Assembly (NCBI GenBank): GCA_963669175.1
Contig: OY769902.1
Span: 2,080,001 to 2,144,000, forward strand
Length of the DNA: 64,000 nucleotides
From: a bacterium
Lineage (GTDB): Bacteria > Electryoneota > Electryoneia > Electryoneales > Electryoneaceae
Direction of reading: 5' to 3'
Made by a program: the position numbers and the translations under genes. Shown here piece by piece: positions 32,906-42,980 of this stretch. The notes beneath the pieces were generated by a model. That model worked only from the letters and a program-made list of their open reading frames with translations. It had not been told where the DNA came from and made no database searches. Numbering within the stretch: position 1 is the first letter of the stretch; each line of letters begins with the position of its first letter.

Positions 32906-34966
32906 ATGAGGTTACATCGATTTTGCTTCTGCCTGCTTCTTTCTGCTGTCCTTACCTCTCAGGTCAACGCTGAAATTCCATTCCTGGAACATGTCGTAAG
33001 AGATACAATCGAAGGATTACAATACGTTACTGTCGCGGATGTAGATGGGGATGGTGATCAGGATATTATTGCAAGAAGCACAGAATATGGTACCCTTGTT
33101 TACCCAGGGCAGGGAAATGATACCTTTTACTATCACTACAGTATCCTTGATGAGGGGGATGCGCGAGGGGAAATAGTAGTTGATGATATGAATGGTGACG
33201 AATTACCGGATTTGGTTGTCGCGATGGGGGATTATAACCCGAGCATTCAATGGATGGAGTGTATAGGAAACAATGAATATGTAAATCACTCTCTATTGGA
33301 TTGCAATAATGTATTATGTCTGGATGTCGCAGATATGGATAATGATGGCGACCAGGATATAATCGCCATTGCTTCGTACAATGAGGAAGACGCTTTCCTG
33401 TACTGCTTTGAAAATTCCAACGACCATTTTGAACCTAGCCTGATTGAAATACAATTCCCACAATCACATGAGATACTGGCATGTGATCTGGACCAGGATG
33501 GCGACAATGATATTGTTGCGACGTTCGGGGAAGATGGAACGATTGAATGGTGGGAAAACGATGGACTGATGATTTTTGCTAACCATGTAATTGTGGAACA
33601 GGTGGATAATCCTGCAAACATTGCGGTGAAGGACATGGATTCTGATGGCGATATGGATATACTTGCAACAACATCGGAAGGAAATGCGCTTTACTGCTAT
33701 ACGAATAATGGAGAATGCAGTTTTACCGAAAATGTCATTGATGATGAATTGACCACGGCTTGGGGGATTGATGCAGCAGATCTGGATTGGGATGGTGATG
33801 TTGATATTGTAGCTACTGCGCAGGAAGCCGGATATGTCAAGCTATATGAAAATAATGGCAATATGACGTTTACGGAGTCAGTACTCGTAGACTCTTTTTT
33901 TGGTGCTGTACATGTTTCCATTGCTGATATAGACGATGATTATATGCCGGATGTCATCGCTGCTGCTTCAATCAGCGAGAAAATCAGTACCTGGATAAAT
34001 CTGTCTGATCCCTATTTGTTTTCATTCTATTTAGATTATCCGCAAAGGCGTGGAATTGTTTATAATGACACTGTTCAGCTTGCCTGGGAAACCACTACGT
34101 TTTGCCCTGTAACACCTGATCCTTGTTATTTCCTTGAATGGTCAAACCGGGGTGACTATCCTGAAGAGTCAACCGCTTTGGTTGAACTAGCCACGACAAC
34201 TTTTTCAATCAGCGCATTTCGTGACGGTGACACGGTTATACCGTTTGCAGATGGCGATACGGTTTATTGGCGTGTACGCGCTTTTGATGAGTATATGGGG
34301 AAATCCAGATGGATGGAGGGGAACAGTTCCGGTTTCTGGTTTGTGATTGATCTAACAGTAGCACCTTATCCAGCATATCCCGTTTCGCCGGGGAATGGCT
34401 GCAGCGTTGAACCGGAATTTGTAATATTGGAATGGGAACCAGCAATTGATCCCAACCCAGGAGACACTCCATACTACAATGTCTGGCTGGATACTCTGCA
34501 GACATTGGAAACGGCATGGCTGGTAGTGGATTCGCTGCTATGCTACCGAAGAGGGATCACGAATTTGCAGGAAGAACAGGAATACTTCTGGGCCGTTTAT
34601 GCTACGGATGCTAATACAGAGGGAACGTGGTCGGATACATTCAGTTTCGTCACCCTCCTGGCGGGCGTCGGGGATCTGGAGCACGATGCAATTCCTCTTC
34701 CCAGTGAATTTTCATTGACACGTGTTTCGCCAAATCCGTTCAATTCCACGACGGTTGTTGAGTTTTTCCTGCCCCATTCCGGGGTTGCGCGGTTCAGGGT
34801 ATTTGATATCCTGGGGCGATCCGCACTCGAACTAGCGGAACAGAACTATTCTGAGGGATACCACCTGCTACCGGTAGAGATGCGGAATCAGAGTTCCGGC
34901 ACCTACTTTATACAGGGGGAATGCGAAGGCGCGGTTGTCACCTCGAAAGTGATTCTGGTGCGCTAA
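32906..34966 (+). CDS. Secreted FG-GAP/VCBS-repeat protein with FN3-like domains and T9SS-type CTD
   Basis: Seven D.D.DGD.DI-type repeats; SPNPFN...SSGTYF...KVILVR. Confidence 0.85.
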   Translation: MRLHRFCFCLLLSAVLTSQVNAEIPFLEHVVRDTIEGLQYVTVADVDGDGDQDIIARSTEYGTLVYPGQGNDTFYYHYSILDEGDARGEIVVDDMNGDELPDLVVAMGDYNPSIQWMECIGNNEYVNHSLLDCNNVLCLDVADMDNDGDQDIIAIASYNEEDAFLYCFENSNDHFEPSLIEIQFPQSHEILACDLDQDGDNDIVATFGEDGTIEWWENDGLMIFANHVIVEQVDNPANIAVKDMDSDGDMDILATTSEGNALYCYTNNGECSFTENVIDDELTTAWGIDAADLDWDGDVDIVATAQEAGYVKLYENNGNMTFTESVLVDSFFGAVHVSIADIDDDYMPDVIAAASISEKISTWINLSDPYLFSFYLDYPQRRGIVYNDTVQLAWETTTFCPVTPDPCYFLEWSNRGDYPEESTALVELATTTFSISAFRDGDTVIPFADGDTVYWRVRAFDEYMGKSRWMEGNSSGFWFVIDLTVAPYPAYPVSPGNGCSVEPEFVILEWEPAIDPNPGDTPYYNVWLDTLQTLETAWLVVDSLLCYRRGITNLQEEQEYFWAVYATDANTEGTWSDTFSFVTLLAGVGDLEHDAIPLPSEFSLTRVSPNPFNSTTVVEFFLPHSGVARFRVFDILGRSALELAEQNYSEGYHLLPVEMRNQSSGTYFIQGECEGAVVTSKVILVR

Positions 34967-35020
34967 TGGATCGGTACATGTGAATCGGTCCTCTAGCAGA
35001 TATTGTGGACCTCTGGGGAC

Positions 35021-35446
35021 TCAGAGGATAGCAACGATAATCGCTGTATCGATAATGGCGCCAAGCAGCATAAGGAAAACAGTTCCTGATTTGTATTCGG
35101 TTCCCTGGGTGATATACTTGATATCGCTGAAGGGAATGATGCGTCTGAACGTATTGGACGCGGATCCGATCATTTCAAGTTCTACGGAATCACCAGCATG
35201 ATTTGCGCACAGGATTCCGTTGCAGTAATCCCCATTGGTCAACCAGACAGTGACAGCGTCACCGGTGTGATAAGCGGATTCAACCTTCTCGGCAGGAACA
35301 AGCTCTTTCGAGTGGTCCATGTTGTCAATTGCACGGCCACTGTGAAACCCTATCAACGTGCATCCCTGGGATACCAACAGCACGAAAACAAGAAGGGGGA
35401 GAAGTCGTATCGCAAGGCTTCTCAAGGGGATCGTCTGTGTATTCAT
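35021..35446 (-). CDS. Hypothetical lipoprotein/membrane protein
   Basis: Signal ending SQGC; C-terminal hydrophobic helix. Confidence 0.55.
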   Translation of the reverse strand: MNTQTIPLRSLAIRLLPLLVFVLLVSQGCTLIGFHSGRAIDNMDHSKELVPAEKVESAYHTGDAVTVWLTNGDYCNGILCANHAGDSVELEMIGSASNTFRRIIPFSDIKYITQGTEYKSGTVFLMLLGAIIDTAIIVAIL

Positions 35447-35474
35447 GTGCCCTCGTTACTTTACCGCGTTTAGA

Positions 35475-36161
35475 TCATTTGTTTTTTGAAGATGCCCCAA
35501 GATCCAGGATCTTGACTCCTTCAGCGTAGTCTTTCCGTTTTAACTCATGCACTTCAAGAAGCTGCTTTACCAGCAATTCCATCCTGATAACCTGTTCGTG
35601 AATGATTGTCAGTTTTTTTAATAAATCCGGTTCTACATGTGTGTTTTTCAGCAGGAGATCCACGGCAGCGTGAATCGTTGCAACAGGGTTGTTAAACTCA
35701 TGGGCTATGGTTGCCGCAAGTTCTTGAATTGCTTGAATCTGTTCGATGAGCGCTTCTGCCTCTTCGCGTCGCTTAATTGGGGTAATGTCCATTGTATACA
35801 TGCACACATAAGCCGGCTCGACAAAAGAATACGACAGGATGAGGTCAACTTCAATGCCTGTACTGGGACTTGTGTAATGAACCTCGCGGCGTACCTGGGC
35901 GTGGGTTTTATAACACTCTTCAAGATCTGTCAGCAAGTCCTGCATATTCGGATACAGCTTCTCTGCTGGTTCATCTACCATTTTTTGAACGCGATTATTC
36001 GTTACAGTTTCAGCCCTTTTGTTGAATTCTTTCAGGATGTAGCGTTGGTCGATTTTTTTGAAGATAAAGGCAGGCAGAGGGATTTCCTTGAACAGCGAAC
36101 GAAATTGCTCGCCCTCGTTTTGCTGGGATGTAGTGAAAGCCGAATTGTCTGATCCGCTCAT
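35475..36161 (-). CDS. PAS + HisKA protein lacking the HATPase domain
   Basis: PAS-like N-terminus (DIT..KR), AATIAHEFNNP H-box, ends about 60 aa later. Confidence 0.75.
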   Translation of the reverse strand: MSGSDNSAFTTSQQNEGEQFRSLFKEIPLPAFIFKKIDQRYILKEFNKRAETVTNNRVQKMVDEPAEKLYPNMQDLLTDLEECYKTHAQVRREVHYTSPSTGIEVDLILSYSFVEPAYVCMYTMDITPIKRREEAEALIEQIQAIQELAATIAHEFNNPVATIHAAVDLLLKNTHVEPDLLKKLTIIHEQVIRMELLVKQLLEVHELKRKDYAEGVKILDLGASSKNK

Positions 36162-36346
36162 GGGCGTCTACCAAATATTGGCCAATAGCTAAAAGTACAT
36201 CATCCTGATTGAAAAAGCTCAAACATTTGGAAGAAATTCAAGCTATTAAGTTCCACCAGAGTCTGGCTGTATGGCAATCCAATCCACTGTGTGCTGCTTT
36301 TCAAAATTCTTTCTGCTTTTATAACCATCGCATATTTACAGGGCCG

Positions 36347-37609
36347 TTATTCCGTCTTCTTTGTGAACGAAGCGGCGATGAGGCTGACAATGGCCAGGGC
36401 TGTAATGTACCATGCTGGTGTCAGGATATTCCCGGTCTGCTTGATCAACCAGGTACACACCAGCGGTGCAGTTCCACCGAAGATCGCCAGTCCCAGGTTA
36501 TAGCCGATGCCAATGCCACTGTAGCGTGTCCGTGCGGGAAACATGTTGACCATGGCGGCAGGAATGGTCGCCTGAACCATACTCATGATAACGGCAAAGA
36601 TCAGTTGTGCGCCCAGAGCCCACGCAAAAACACCATAGTCTGCAAGCCGGAAGAGTTGCAAGGTCAATATGGCAAAAGCGGCAAGGGACATCACCAGCAT
36701 TTTTTTGATCCCCATACGATCCGCCCATAATCCGGCCAATGGAATCAGGATCATCATGACAGCCATGGAGATTGTATTTGCCGTAAGTGCGTGTGGAACA
36801 GCAGGAGATACGATCTTCGTGAGATAGGTGGGCCACCACACGAACAAAGTATAGAATCCCGCGCCCAACAGAAGAACGAGCGCCATTACATGTAATATGG
36901 TAAAGGGATGGTGTTTTATAGCGTCAACCAGCGGATTGTCGCGAATCGCTTCCTGCTTCTTGAGATTTTCAAACGCAGGTGTCTCATGCAGGCCTTTTCG
37001 CATCCACAGGGCGAAACCCCCGATACCAAAACCGGCTAAAAAGGGAATGCGCCAGCCCCAGGTATGTAAAAAGCTGTCCGAAAACAGGCCATGTGCGATT
37101 GCTGCTACAGCGCTTCCCAGCATGACACCGCCTATCGAACTGAAGGTTGTCCAGCTACCGTAAAAACCACGCTTTCCCGGGGGAGCGATTTCGGTAAGGA
37201 AAGAGATGGATCCGATAAACTCGCCACCTACAGAGAGACCTTGCAAGAGACGCAAAAGGACCAGTAGAAACGCCGCAGTCACGCCAATCTGGTCATGCGT
37301 GGGCAACAAACCAAGCAGGGTGGTAGGAACTGCCATCATCATAACAGAGAGCTGGAGCGCTCTTTTTCTACCAAACCTGTCACCGATATTTCCGAAAACG
37401 ATACCGCCGATCGGACGTGCAAAATACCCGATAGCGAACACACCAAATGCAGCAATTAATCCGGCCAGTTTATCTTCTTCGGGGAAAAACTGCAGGGCAA
37501 TTACAGGTGCAAAATAGCCATAGACAGCGAAATCATACCATTCCAGAACATTGCCAAGTGAACCACCAAAGATACTTTTCCAATCATGGTTCCCGGTTGC
37601 TTGTTTCAT
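36347..37609 (-). CDS. MFS transporter, ProP/metabolite:H+ symporter family
   Basis: GNVLEWYDFAVYG, RPIGG..FG..GDRFGRK, RLLQGLSVGGE, WGWRIPF. Confidence 0.92.
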   Translation of the reverse strand: MKQATGNHDWKSIFGGSLGNVLEWYDFAVYGYFAPVIALQFFPEEDKLAGLIAAFGVFAIGYFARPIGGIVFGNIGDRFGRKRALQLSVMMMAVPTTLLGLLPTHDQIGVTAAFLLVLLRLLQGLSVGGEFIGSISFLTEIAPPGKRGFYGSWTTFSSIGGVMLGSAVAAIAHGLFSDSFLHTWGWRIPFLAGFGIGGFALWMRKGLHETPAFENLKKQEAIRDNPLVDAIKHHPFTILHVMALVLLLGAGFYTLFVWWPTYLTKIVSPAVPHALTANTISMAVMMILIPLAGLWADRMGIKKMLVMSLAAFAILTLQLFRLADYGVFAWALGAQLIFAVIMSMVQATIPAAMVNMFPARTRYSGIGIGYNLGLAIFGGTAPLVCTWLIKQTGNILTPAWYITALAIVSLIAASFTKKTE

Positions 37610-37757
37610 GGATCCCCCCTGTTACCCTATACCATGAGTTTCAACCTGCAACAAACATCAGGTAAGGTAAGGCTGGACAGGTGAGGTACATATACTGCAA
37701 AGGATTAAAACTGCGAAAGTACCGGTCGTGCAATGAGAATCAGGAGAACTAACAGAA

Positions 37758-37790
37758 ACAGAACACCCCGCGTAAAGCAGGGTGTTCTGT
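37758..37790 (-). terminator. Intrinsic terminator
   Basis: ACAGAACACCC...GGGTGTTCTGT hairpin. Confidence 0.6.
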
Positions 37791-37819
37791 GGGAATATCA
37801 AGAACTCTGAAGTGTGTAC

Positions 37820-40800
37820 TTACTTCAGAAGCAGCATCTTTCGTGACTGAACGAATCCATTGTCAGTCTTCATGCGTACGAAGTACATGCCACTGGCAAG
37901 ACGAGCTCCGTTGAAGGAAAGCTTATGCGTTCCCGCTGTAAACTGCTGATGCGCCAGGTTGGCCACTTCGCGTCCCAGCACATCGTAAATAATCAGCGAA
38001 ACGACTTCGTTGCGCGGCAGGTCAAAGCCAACGACCGTTGTGCTGTTGAATGGATTCGGGTACGGCGCATGCAGAGCGAATTCATTCGGAAGCTCAACCT
38101 GATCATCCTCAAACTCTACGCCAACAGCTACAGTCATTAGAACCGGCATGACGGTAACTTCCTCAAGCGTGTTGTGAGTGGCGATGAGGTTGGCTGCATA
38201 GACGCCATTATCATAACCGACATAATCGAGGGTCACGGTAATGTCCTGAGTTTCATCCGGGCCGATCGTGAACTCTTGAGGCGTATACTCAGCAAACGGA
38301 ACGTATGTCTGGAGTTCGAACCCGGCAACACGGTCGCCGGTGGGATGTTGCAACAGACAGGTTAGTACAGAATAGTAGGTGTCATAAATTGGAACGACAC
38401 CGATTCCCTTTAACGCTTCGTTCGCAACACCGGGAACTTCAAGGTAGTACTCAACACGTTGGCTATCCGGATTGACAGTGTACAGATCCAGGGGGGTTCC
38501 GTTCAGCGTCTGGCCTGCCAGCAGCATTGTGTTCCCATCTTCACCGAGCGGATTGTATACCAGGCCGCTGACGAACAAGCCGCATTCAAACCTTGCCACC
38601 TCTTCACCGGTTTCAGGGTTCAGACCAACCATATCCTGACCGCCGGCAGTTACCCAGAGCAACCCGTTAGTAGGATCAAAGGCTAATGCGGGATGACGGT
38701 CAAATGGGCCGTCAATCGTGCGGACCAAATTGCAGTTTTCCGGATCCATGACCATAATTCTGTGGTCGTAGCTGCCGTACAGGTATGTCCCATCATAGGC
38801 AAGATCTCTCATACCTGTGGCATTGGCGCCAGGCAGGTTCGATCCGGGTTGTTCAAAGGACTGAATGTACTCACCGTCATTGGTGATTTTATAAATATAG
38901 TTGGGATTTGTGTAGTTGTTGCTTCCTGTTACGTACAAGTATTGACCAACCGATTCAATACCCTGTACAGCATTATCAGCGATAATATCTGTAATCGACA
39001 TGGAATAATGCTCATCCATGAACTCGGTCAGGTCTGAATCAGCAATTGCCGGTTCAATTTCAACCATAACATCAATACTGGCCGTTCCGTCGTTGAGTAC
39101 GGTAATGGTAAACTCTTCCGGTGACGTTGATGATACAGTCGCTTCCAACGTATCCGGTGTTGGAGAGAACAAACCGATTGGCAATAGCATATTAAAATAC
39201 GTTGTTTCGCCTGCCGAAACTTCGATCCCGGTTAGTTCTGCATGCGCATATGGTGGATAATCCGCGAAAGCGCTATGAGTGCCACTGGGCATGGGGAAAG
39301 TGAACTCACCCATTGAATCCGCTACCACGACAAATGTATCAAGCCCGGCTTCAAGGGTAAGCACCAGGTTGACCGCCACATTCGGTATAATGGCATCTGT
39401 GTTTGCGTTGCGTACTGTGCCGACGACATCGCCCCAGTTGTTCGGACAAGCCATCATAACTGCAAGGGGATCAATTCGACCAGAGCCGTAATCGTTATCC
39501 TTCCCTGAGTCACCATAATCAATAGCTGTTGTCTGTAACAGCGAGTCGATCTGGATCGTGGTCAGTTCCGGTGCGAGCGACAGCATCAGGGCAATGGTGC
39601 CGGCCACTGACGGGCTGGCCATGGAGGTTCCCGAATAGGCAACATAACCACTATCGAGATCCAGCGAGGTGATATTAAATCCAGGCGCTGATACATCCGG
39701 TCGGATCAGGCCTACATGCTCCTCATCGTACAGATAATCCAGGAAATCAGGAATATCCTGCCAGGTGACCGGGCCTCTGCTGGAATTGTAGTACATGAGG
39801 TCTTCTTCATTCGTCGCACCAACGGCAATCACGCCCCCGCGAGTTCCTTCCTCAACCTCAAACGGGCTTCGCCATGGTGAGGGACATGTGGCTGGTACCC
39901 GGATGCTTGTCGGGGGGGCGAAGGAAGCGCCTTCGTTCCCCGCGGCAACACAACTGGCAATACCGGCGATATCCATGATTTCAAAGTTGGCGCGCCAGGC
40001 GCTGTCAGCCGGTTCCCAGATATGAAGCATGCCGAGCGACATATTCATGACATCGACACCCTGCTCGATGCACATATCCATCGCGGCCCACATCGTGGCT
40101 TCATAACCTTCAACGGCAGTCGAAGTCTGTACCTTCAGGCACATCAGGGTAGCGTCTGGCGCAATACCTGTTTGAATTCCGCCAGTACCGTCACCGCAAA
40201 TAATGCCGGATACATGGGTACCATGACCATTGGTGTCCATCGGGTCGTCGTTGTCGTCGGCAAAATTATAACCGTGGTTCGGGAAGTCTTCGCCACCGTC
40301 CCACAGATGATCAGCCAAGTCTGCATGATTGTAGTCCACGCCGCCATCAATCACAGCAACCAGTACACCTTCACCGGTCCATCCAAAATCCCAGAGCATA
40401 GGCGCACCGAGCAGATCGACTGACCAGGTATACTCGTCAAGTTCATCCAGGGCGACAGGCGTAGGATCCCAGTCAGCGAGAGGCTTCAGGTAATCGCCAT
40501 GGATCCAGGCAATGTCATCACGATAGGAAACAGCTTCAATAACCTCGGGGGTAGCCCAAAGCAGGATACCGTTACAAATACGAAGTGTGTTGTATCGCTC
40601 AACATTGCCGTTTTCATCCATTTTATCGATGAAATCGAGCAAGTCGCCTTGCGTTCTCCGTGCGAGATTATCAATCTCGTTCCAGACAACTTCGCTTCTT
40701 GCATTCCGTGGCAAGCCACGAACCATATCTTCCAGTTTTGCTCGGTCAGGCTGTTCTGCCATGAAGACAACCATATGGACAATGTCACCGGGCTTCGCGT

Positions 40801-40912
40801 CAGAAAGAATGTCGCGTGCCGGCTTGTCGAGTACGGAATAGTTCGGTTGCGCAACAGCGCCGACAGTCAATAGGATGAGCAATATGCCAGTAAGTGTTAG
40901 CGTCCTCGTCAT
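37820..40912 (-). CDS. Secreted S8 (subtilisin-like) serine peptidase with propeptide, beta-propeller and T9SS-type CTD
   Basis: Catalytic triad motifs VAVIDGG, HGTHVSG, SGTSMASP; AAGNEG; PYPNPFN...KMLLLK; GGAGG RBS before MTRT. Confidence 0.9.
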   Translation of the reverse strand: MTRTLTLTGILLILLTVGAVAQPNYSVLDKPARDILSDAKPGDIVHMVVFMAEQPDRAKLEDMVRGLPRNARSEVVWNEIDNLARRTQGDLLDFIDKMDENGNVERYNTLRICNGILLWATPEVIEAVSYRDDIAWIHGDYLKPLADWDPTPVALDELDEYTWSVDLLGAPMLWDFGWTGEGVLVAVIDGGVDYNHADLADHLWDGGEDFPNHGYNFADDNDDPMDTNGHGTHVSGIICGDGTGGIQTGIAPDATLMCLKVQTSTAVEGYEATMWAAMDMCIEQGVDVMNMSLGMLHIWEPADSAWRANFEIMDIAGIASCVAAGNEGASFAPPTSIRVPATCPSPWRSPFEVEEGTRGGVIAVGATNEEDLMYYNSSRGPVTWQDIPDFLDYLYDEEHVGLIRPDVSAPGFNITSLDLDSGYVAYSGTSMASPSVAGTIALMLSLAPELTTIQIDSLLQTTAIDYGDSGKDNDYGSGRIDPLAVMMACPNNWGDVVGTVRNANTDAIIPNVAVNLVLTLEAGLDTFVVVADSMGEFTFPMPSGTHSAFADYPPYAHAELTGIEVSAGETTYFNMLLPIGLFSPTPDTLEATVSSTSPEEFTITVLNDGTASIDVMVEIEPAIADSDLTEFMDEHYSMSITDIIADNAVQGIESVGQYLYVTGSNNYTNPNYIYKITNDGEYIQSFEQPGSNLPGANATGMRDLAYDGTYLYGSYDHRIMVMDPENCNLVRTIDGPFDRHPALAFDPTNGLLWVTAGGQDMVGLNPETGEEVARFECGLFVSGLVYNPLGEDGNTMLLAGQTLNGTPLDLYTVNPDSQRVEYYLEVPGVANEALKGIGVVPIYDTYYSVLTCLLQHPTGDRVAGFELQTYVPFAEYTPQEFTIGPDETQDITVTLDYVGYDNGVYAANLIATHNTLEEVTVMPVLMTVAVGVEFEDDQVELPNEFALHAPYPNPFNSTTVVGFDLPRNEVVSLIIYDVLGREVANLAHQQFTAGTHKLSFNGARLASGMYFVRMKTDNGFVQSRKMLLLK

Positions 40913-40970
40913 CGCGTTCCTCCACACAGCTACGTTCATAAAATGATGAACGGGTCTTACTCAATATCCA

Positions 40971-42416
40971 CTACTTCAGCAGGTGTACTTTTCGGGTCAT
41001 CGATCCAAACGACGTCTTAGCCTGGATATAGTATATCCCGCTTGGAAGATGATTTGCGTTGAGTACAAGATTATGCCTGCCTGCTTCGAAATGACCATCG
41101 GCTAAGGAAGCAACTTCACTGCCGAGAATGTTGAAGGCCACAACCTGAACCTGGCCAGCTTGCGGCAGGGTCAGTGAAAGACGTGTTGTAGCGTTGAACG
41201 GGTTTGGATATGCATTGCTCAAGTCAAAAGCGTTGGGAAGTTCGCCGTCGACATCGTTCTCGATTCCAGTTTCATCAGGCTCGAGATACATGAGCATCAT
41301 GTCCGCATCCGAGTCGCCATAGGTCGTGCAACCGAGGATATAGCTGTATTCCGGACCACGACTGACTGCACGGCATTCCGTCGGATTGTCTGTGTCGTAT
41401 CGCCCTGTCCAGGCCACATTACCGTTGGAGCTGAAAGCCAGCAGGTAAGGTGTAGGATCCGTTTCTGTCTGCCCACTGGATGTGGTATAGCCGGCCAGTA
41501 CATAGGTGTCATCATTTACCGAGTACAAGGCGTCATAACAAACTTCGTTATATGCTCCACCACGTGCACGGGTCCAGATACTGTCACCGCTGGTTTCGGT
41601 CAGCTTCAGACCATACATGCTGCCGGGATTGTCCCCGTAATTGGCAGCGTAACCGCCGATGAAAACGTCACCGGAAGGAAGTATGGTGATGCCGCCAGCA
41701 TCCTGGCTGTAATTGCCGGAGAAGCTTTCAGCATACTGAAGATAGCCGGAGCTGTTGACTTTGATCGAGACAATACCCTGGTATCCGCCACCGGCGATGA
41801 TGAAATTCCCATCGGATGTTTCAACGATATCGTTGCCCCAGTCCGCCTGGAAAAAGGTATTGGTCCACAGTGTATCGCCATCGGCTTCCAGGCGAACAAC
41901 GTAGGTTTCGTCATAGCCGTCATCGTTGAACGAATTGCTCGATCCAACGGCGACAAAGCCACCATCTGCTGTCTGTTTGATGCTCTTGATGACATCACGA
42001 CCGGCGCCACCGTAAGTGCGTGTCCAGAGCGTGTCACCGTTGGCTGCGATACGAACAAAATACGCAGCACGTGTGCCTGGGCCATAAGACTCTGTAAATC
42101 CAGCACATATCCACCCGTTGCTTTCGGGTATATACTCGACTGTGTGGCACCACTCGTCCAGAGAACCGCCATAGCGCTTCAGCCAGCGCTGAGAGCCATC
42201 AGCATTCGTTCGGACCAGCAGAAAGTCCAGGTCTCCGTTGTCGGGATTTATCGATTTCCCGGCAAGCATGAAACCATAGTCGTAGGCAGGATGTACATCG
42301 TAACAATAATCATCGGTCTCACCCCCATAGGTCTGTGACCAACCAAGGGTTGGCTGAGCTGCCAAGGCAGGAAAGACCATGGTGAAACACAGCAACAGGA
42401 TGAACAAAAATTTCAC
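40971..42416 (-). CDS. Secreted beta-propeller repeat protein with T9SS-type CTD
   Basis: Repeated W...YGG...D / GDTLWT motifs; AYPNPFN...KVHLLK. Confidence 0.82.
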   Translation of the reverse strand: MKFLFILLLCFTMVFPALAAQPTLGWSQTYGGETDDYCYDVHPAYDYGFMLAGKSINPDNGDLDFLLVRTNADGSQRWLKRYGGSLDEWCHTVEYIPESNGWICAGFTESYGPGTRAAYFVRIAANGDTLWTRTYGGAGRDVIKSIKQTADGGFVAVGSSNSFNDDGYDETYVVRLEADGDTLWTNTFFQADWGNDIVETSDGNFIIAGGGYQGIVSIKVNSSGYLQYAESFSGNYSQDAGGITILPSGDVFIGGYAANYGDNPGSMYGLKLTETSGDSIWTRARGGAYNEVCYDALYSVNDDTYVLAGYTTSSGQTETDPTPYLLAFSSNGNVAWTGRYDTDNPTECRAVSRGPEYSYILGCTTYGDSDADMMLMYLEPDETGIENDVDGELPNAFDLSNAYPNPFNATTRLSLTLPQAGQVQVVAFNILGSEVASLADGHFEAGRHNLVLNANHLPSGIYYIQAKTSFGSMTRKVHLLK

Positions 42417-42980
42417 GTCGCGCCTCGTGCTTGTTCACAGTTCTTGTACCGGACGAACAATGGGAAAAAGAAAACGGACCCCTCCTCGAGCTACTGACAA
42501 AAGCCCGGAAAAGTCCGAATAACAGAAACCCATGGCACTGAATGTAGCTTAGGAAGCTGCACTGATCATTCCCTTTTTGCTCGTCCTGGCACCCTCCAGT
42601 TACCCAACTCAGGAATATAAGAGCAATAATGGGCTTTTTCGAGTCCTCTCCAAAAAAAAACTCGGTTGTTCATATAATTCTCAATACGATAGAAAAATCG
42701 GCTCTACGTTGTAACATGTTAATATTTAAGCACAAGGATGAAGCGTGTTCATTTTGATACACCTTGCGAGTGCCCCAGTGCACAAAAACAGACACTGACC
42801 ATTGCATTGAGTCCGGTAATCCCCAGGCGTAGTGCTCTCATTCCTGTGAAACCGTTTATTCAAGCCGAGTTTTAATAACGGCACCAGAAAATAAATTTCC
42901 GGTGAGTTGCAACACGTATTTTCAAGCGTTATCAACTATATTATCTTCCACAAGATACGGCAGTCGGAGGGGAACCGGTT

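Noticed and set aside
42417-42620. Riboswitch in the long leader of the propeller/S8 operon
   Set aside because: Only small hairpins; no recognisable aptamer consensus by eye (an Rfam scan would settle it)
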